From Elusimicrobiota bacterium (GTDB taxonomy: Bacteria; Elusimicrobiota; Elusimicrobia; F11), in the NCBI GenBank assembly GCA_044221725.1, contig JBGAON010000001.1:448001-512000 (forward strand): 64,000 nt of DNA, given 5' to 3'. Under the pieces are notes generated by a model, which saw only the letters and a list, made by a program, of their open reading frames with translations, ran no database searches and was not told the DNA's origin. Positions 61,101-64,000 of the stretch are shown in pieces. Every line of letters begins with the position of its first letter. Position 1 is the first letter of the stretch. A program made the translations under genes and the position numbers.

Positions 61101-62077
61101 TTCTTGAAACCGGGATTCGTGATCAAGAAATTATTCAAGCGGATCCATCTCTTTTCTCAATCCAGAGTCCGAGCCCCGAAGAACGGATTAATATTGCGCT
61201 GGTTCCGAAATATTTTGAAGGCACGCCGGTGAACATTAATCGTATGACGCTCGTGTTTTTCTCCAGTACAAAAATGCGCTTCGCCGAAATTTCCGATAAG
61301 GACGAATTGAACTTCGCACGCATGGCCATGTTTTTTCCTGCTGCCGATTCTGAGCGTTTGGGGCAACGGGATCACGGGCCGTTTTTTAAGGTGATGGAAA
61401 TTTCGCAAGAAAGAGCGCTGCAACAAGTGGTGCAAATCATCAGCAAGCCAAAAACGAAGGAACACCCGCGACTGGGTCTCATGTGGTTCATGCCGTCGAC
61501 GTGGGGGTATGCGATCGCATCGCACGAAGCGAGAGCCGGAAGAATGCCCGTGGCGATTTCCTACGCTTTTGCCGCGTTCGGTGGTCTCATGGAAGAAATT
61601 TTAATTCGGCGAACCGTTCAGACGCTCGTTTTTCATGTTCCTTTTGGAACGCCGGATGTTTTTGTGTTCGCTGTTGTCTACGCGCTTCTTTTTGCGGTTG
61701 TTTTTCATCAATGGGTTGTTGATGAACAAACCGGCCAATTTCGGCGCGCCACCTTCGAGGAAAAGTCTTACTTTTTTCTCTTGGCGCTTACGATTGGGCT
61801 CTTCGGCGGGGCTGCCAGCAGTTTTGAAGCAATGGGATGGCTGCACGCGTTGATTAACGCGCTGATTGCCTCTTCGTCCCCGTCACGCAACACCGAATTA
61901 ACCGGTACGCCACTCAACCTTGGTGTCAAATATATTGACGCACGTCATCCGACGCCGCAGCCGCCGTTCGATCGCGCGCAGCGCGAGAGGGAAATTGCGC
62001 GCCGTGCGTTTGTCCCTGAATCACGCCGATATTTTCAGAATTATCGTCCGCGGCTCGCAGCCCTGCGCTCAAGCTAA
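55157..62077 (+). CDS. Giant multidomain membrane/exported protein (2306 aa): conserved N-terminal domain, CPBP-like modules, embedded sigma-70-like domain
   Basis: TTG start, signal peptide; IQDIH...GGFH domain shared with 1539..9128; FEELVIR and MEEILIRR modules; KYDYHKGLNFNTLAGW and LSPKEEKALRLRYGL. Confidence 0.9.
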   Translation: MKNRLAPQKIIALFLCTVLFATHVAFAHLPETSLWSERRTGSSPWNAAIEGPRSVGTLCPDVSRSRMNGLFVGAMDLSSLNPFVTVRKVLKPAGHSKSVVLHIQDIHGNQEAQLNISRALQKLNEQKKIDMVALEGAYRIFDLSVFRQFPRPNTIRAVANYLLREKRISGPIHAMMTSPVVGVSVIGVDDANHYAANVQAVRDASSQKDNVQHVQSVQRIKLDSEKRKLFNAALLDFDRAVEAYRSEKLPFASYVKLLATGRSDVSPAVRDYLEVLRIEANINFSQVEIERDLLVAQIVSRNRVIAEQLHKMAFAFRAQQIDHEAFYLWLRDAARKSHVPIENFLVFKEYLRYVLLSDRIDVEAVLAEARQLEQQRFRWLVKTADERRLVDASKRLYLESKLVDFSLTKREWEEYEELIPHPALPTDKAWGGKLFFTNPKTSGGVLPLHVSSMGRVGWGIDAVNLSPFEQFYRQAELRDGAMANNFLNAQRSINNLPRTTSVLITGGFHSSGIDDALTKAGCTVVSIVPRVTSADASKASAYLSVFAQEKSPLEKLFEGQKLFLANDPMAPLIQFVEAPVEVALFEAANALSAGTETMLPLPADATLKIDRAGVGSAQGVLTRGVSVVPVELRANPNEILEMTDRSVSPSVARRAIGGVRRFFHWLLRKCGFVYADENAEWTSNLHLYEAGQLLLQRGAVGDVRGSSNNVGFVGMMPFNPFAVWYEEASERAEQGHRVWLPYVIAAMGGVFEELVIRNLLQFGILEACFGMSAWWSAFVYASLFATVLHSKIYTAESPTAVGVNYLLGWQRWILFALAVGLGSTGDLEVITLGHAFFNPLMRYIGGPLGMMTEPNNKKRAKPFDPDASILYTMHLFNHLDSEYRKLWNAPEPEMKNPMYARPGQRLFVKENLSVAERTQIDDLVDTLMKGQRGVPGAKPFRYMTTAEHLLIGKALRSNLRGEGAASNNLTEPQREFLRNLLVMWNMANFWTLTRKIPARSRNEVFQNVLLYVLRRIIYKYDYHKGLNFNTLAGWAATQEVSVHYREKHKLAVTKRVTAKDPDAFWEMQPEREKRSDDGLIEKLLKVLGRLSPKEEKALRLRYGLMNTKKGKSFAELAATLNMTVWAVQDFVDVAYAHLEREFARLEDFRFRHTDENIVRDLSPLEHRVLKLAYQSHAVFDDADIATLLNSKIRSNRPKLTPLQVKKIRKRVEYRILHGRFPPNPFGPPHSVFHNMMMLLGVPSSHMLKIVALFSIPLESGIIFLGLFAFEHSFWLQLLYMIGAGVLDFCIGYLGYKTSGSSLPITRLLIAHHFFVIAMYLCGWRLLARSEHDVLIFTVIASIHMLIDAVILWWQNIRNWFSSEPRLTDDPGTAEFHMDAMRDRDRVVINGLPDNHPVVRNQRNYEGKEFISEHRMNQNVESLPEGDLEKQEWLTAKIPLQKQAAAQFKKVVDAIPSVVPIVYSELARNFSEARATEAFARKAAEIQKRLLEDVAVVGVFTERRLMIPQLYPSRYRFGRLRMSRDQSVLYVPMQLFAEMRSPVEIEHFAFSFIFGLEWLDKYKRVKAEGKDSRRIHLAMHKLEERWNAKEKNFVNIRFRLRHFVDYLNYQFDYVRSYFKIGAEFRQLEAKYADITKELEQVVSRKKFRTVAHGGMDINRDLTAVRFFENRSTISRAQSDVERLVDKAELVGLFEIARKMILFGNYLYICETGINPALRTVPNIRLLARTRGYRQLIRLLRALKDRHIPFELGHRGWLSFVLPGPRDITYVPIGWGEVEMLLASTEKLLKSIFERQMEIIHKRSNYDIIAANWEIVQAALKEVREMCKQAIEAHDALEANLHRVANALLWIAGQLKPNETPRISDLKRLRLSVDNVALDIPLKDWFPFLTEKEFVSVLRDEKARTNFRLPSEKQVKELIRLFRFLGTPNLELKNLIGDVVLVVKDERDVQTVIDNFDDLNSAQLDSLTIIARNKKVKNLLERRFLETGIRDQEIIQADPSLFSIQSPSPEERINIALVPKYFEGTPVNINRMTLVFFSSTKMRFAEISDKDELNFARMAMFFPAADSERLGQRDHGPFFKVMEISQERALQQVVQIISKPKTKEHPRLGLMWFMPSTWGYAIASHEARAGRMPVAISYAFAAFGGLMEEILIRRTVQTLVFHVPFGTPDVFVFAVVYALLFAVVFHQWVVDEQTGQFRRATFEEKSYFFLLALTIGLFGGAASSFEAMGWLHALINALIASSSPSRNTELTGTPLNLGVKYIDARHPTPQPPFDRAQREREIARRAFVPESRRYFQNYRPRLAALRSS
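56411..56535. repeat. 125-bp palindromic element in frame inside giant gene 2
   Basis: Same terminal IRs as 10602-10723; the encoded peptide is absent from the paralog. Confidence 0.9.
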
Positions 62078-62136
62078 ATCGGGCCAATTTTCATCCGCCT
62101 CTGGCGATCGTGTGCAATTCAGCGCATCATTGATTC

Positions 62137-63171
62137 ATGAATTGCCCGTCCTGTCAGTTCAACAACGTCGACGACGTCCGCTATTGTGGCCATTGCCGCA
62201 TGAGTTTCTCGTCACTCAATATTGCGTTCTCCCATGTGAAAGGTCATCTCGCTTGGATTTTTCGCCGCGCGAACGCCGGTTTTCTTTCGGGGATGGTGGC
62301 CTGGTTTTTTATTCCGGCGCTCAGTCGTGTGATCTCAAAGGAGGCAACGACCGCACTTCACTTCGGGATACAAGGTCTGCTCGGCGGTGCGTTTTTTGGA
62401 ACCGTGGACGGAATGGTGGAGGAATCCTCGCCAAAAACATTTCGGGGGGGACTTTTGGGCGCGGTTGGGGGCGCCATCGGTGGAATTGTGTTTGGTTACT
62501 ACAGTCCGCGCATGACGCCCGAACAAACCGGCTGGGGACTTTTTGCGTTCTGGGCCACGGCGGGCCTGGCCATTGGAATGGTAAGCGCTTTGTGGGAACG
62601 AAGTTTCAAAAAGATTTCCGCGGGCGCTTTGAGCGGGCTCGTGGGCGGTGGCGTGGGCGGTGCGCTCGGATACGCCGTGTACGCGTATCTGATTCAAGAA
62701 TTTAATCCGGAAGGCTGGCTGATTCGCCGACTTTGTGAAGGTTTTTCGGGCGGAATCATCGGCGTCACCATGTGGTTCTCGATTGCTGTGGCCGAGCGTT
62801 TTGTGATTTTCAAACGGCGCATTATCGAAGGAAAAAGCCACAAGCATTGCGATCACTGCGAGGCGCAGAACCCGCTCAATACGTGGTACTGCGGAAAATG
62901 TGGCAGCGTGCTGCAGCAATCGGCGCCGCCCGCGGCGCTCAACCTTTCACCGTTTCAAACGTTGGACCGCCTGCGTGGATTTTTCCGTTTCATGACCCGG
63001 CTTGCCGCAACGACAAGCGTCATCGCGGGGCTGGTCGTGTTCGTGGTCTTCCTGCCGGTCAACAAGATGCTCGCGTTTGTGGCGCTTGTTTTGGTCGTAA
63101 TGGCTTGCTTCTCGCTGTTGTTAACCTTCTCAGCGATCGCGGAAGGGATTCAGATATACATTAAGAAATAG
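62137..63171 (+). CDS. Membrane protein with two zinc-ribbon motifs and Gly-rich TM helices
   Basis: CPSC..CGHC at the N-terminus; CDHC..CGKC internal. Confidence 0.8.
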   Translation: MNCPSCQFNNVDDVRYCGHCRMSFSSLNIAFSHVKGHLAWIFRRANAGFLSGMVAWFFIPALSRVISKEATTALHFGIQGLLGGAFFGTVDGMVEESSPKTFRGGLLGAVGGAIGGIVFGYYSPRMTPEQTGWGLFAFWATAGLAIGMVSALWERSFKKISAGALSGLVGGGVGGALGYAVYAYLIQEFNPEGWLIRRLCEGFSGGIIGVTMWFSIAVAERFVIFKRRIIEGKSHKHCDHCEAQNPLNTWYCGKCGSVLQQSAPPAALNLSPFQTLDRLRGFFRFMTRLAATTSVIAGLVVFVVFLPVNKMLAFVALVLVVMACFSLLLTFSAIAEGIQIYIKK

Positions 63172-63192
63172 CCCGGCCGTCATGGCGACGAA

Positions 63193-64000
63193 TTAGAGCT
63201 TGAGTTTCTTCAGGTTTTCTTCGGTCGGTTCGAACGGTTTGTTGAGGCACTTCTTCGCGGAATCCCACGATCCCCAGCGGCGCAGCTGCTTCAAGACGCT
63301 GTTGTAGTTCTTCACGGCATCGTCGCGTTTACCGAGCGCATCGTAACAATAGCCGCGATACAAATGCGACCACGTGAAGAACGGATCTTTCACCGTGCCG
63401 GCCGCGATTCCCGTATCAAATTGTTTAATGGCCGCATCCCAATTTTTTGATTTGAATTCCGTGACGCCGAGCGCAAAGCGGGACTGAACCGCAAATTCCT
63501 TTTTGTACGTCCCGTTGTCCACCTTCGCCTGCAAATCCGTGGCTTCGGCGCGAATTTTTCCCACGTCTTGGTGGTTGTACAGCGCAATGAAATGCATCAT
63601 GTGGATAAACGGACTCAGCGGGAATTCATTGCGAAGTTCGAGCAGAATCTCGAGCGCTTTATCCGGTTTGTTCTCTGGATTCGAATATATTTCCGCCAAA
63701 AAAAGTTTCGATGGAGTGCGTGAATAGGTGCCTTCGTACGCCGCCGTGGTGAGTTCTTTGAGGCCCACTTGCTTGTCGTTATTGGAACCGAGAAACGCCA
63801 GCACACGAACGACCGCCGGCAACGTTGCAACATAGTAGTCGAATATTCCGAGTCCCATGTTCGCGTCGGTCATTTGTGGATTTATCTTCAGCGCTTTGCG
63901 CAAATACTTGATCGCCTTTTTCCCGGTGAAATAGGCAGACATCCATTCCTGATTTGTCGCCTGCCAGCGTCCGAGCAAACCGCTCACGCCGCCCAATGTC
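63193..64000 (-). CDS. TPR-like protein, 5' end beyond the window
   Basis: Helical repeats (A...NP...DA.MGLG; RGYCYDALGKRDDA). Confidence 0.7.
   Translation of the reverse strand, partial: TLGGVSGLLGRWQATNQEWMSAYFTGKKAIKYLRKALKINPQMTDANMGLGIFDYYVATLPAVVRVLAFLGSNNDKQVGLKELTTAAYEGTYSRTPSKLFLAEIYSNPENKPDKALEILLELRNEFPLSPFIHMMHFIALYNHQDVGKIRAEATDLQAKVDNGTYKKEFAVQSRFALGVTEFKSKNWDAAIKQFDTGIAAGTVKDPFFTWSHLYRGYCYDALGKRDDAVKNYNSVLKQLRRWGSWDSAKKCLNKPFEPTEENLKKLKL

Noticed and set aside
1..64000. CRISPR array or cas genes
   Set aside because: No regularly spaced direct repeats with unique spacers seen; the repeats found are dispersed palindromes.

Overview
Bacterial chromosomal segment, mostly + strand, moderately GC-rich. 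The lineage is probably Elusimicrobiota; this is inferred from the protein types only and has not been tested. Most of the window is housekeeping: aroD, a DnaQ-like exonuclease, an ABC-2 exporter, dsbA-like, folP, gatB, acpS, nnrD, thiL, tsaE/tsaB/rimI, ispE, tRNA-Gln, glmU, prs, rplY, pth, dnaE, accA, fbaB, pfk, rlmD, pcrA, gatCA. There is also an accessory block after tRNA-Tyr (secreted and outer-membrane proteins, and a Crp/Fnr regulator with candidate operator sites) and an IS30-family element whose transposase is split at an A-AAA-AAG slippery site. The standout is a pair of paralogous giant genes (2529 aa and 2306 aa). They share a signal-like N-terminus, a conserved ~500-aa N-terminal domain (IQDIH...E...GVDD...GGFH), a TTG start and a phased 11-bp upstream repeat. 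Their C-terminal cargo is completely different: zincin-like, class 3 FBPase-like phosphoesterase and CCA/poly(A)-polymerase-like domains in one, a sigma-70-like domain in the other. CPBP (CAAX/Abi)-protease-like membrane modules recur along both proteins and bound several cargo regions. This suggests a polymorphic, possibly self-processing polyprotein or effector system. At least two families of short palindromic elements are also inserted in-frame into coding genes and build gene junctions.
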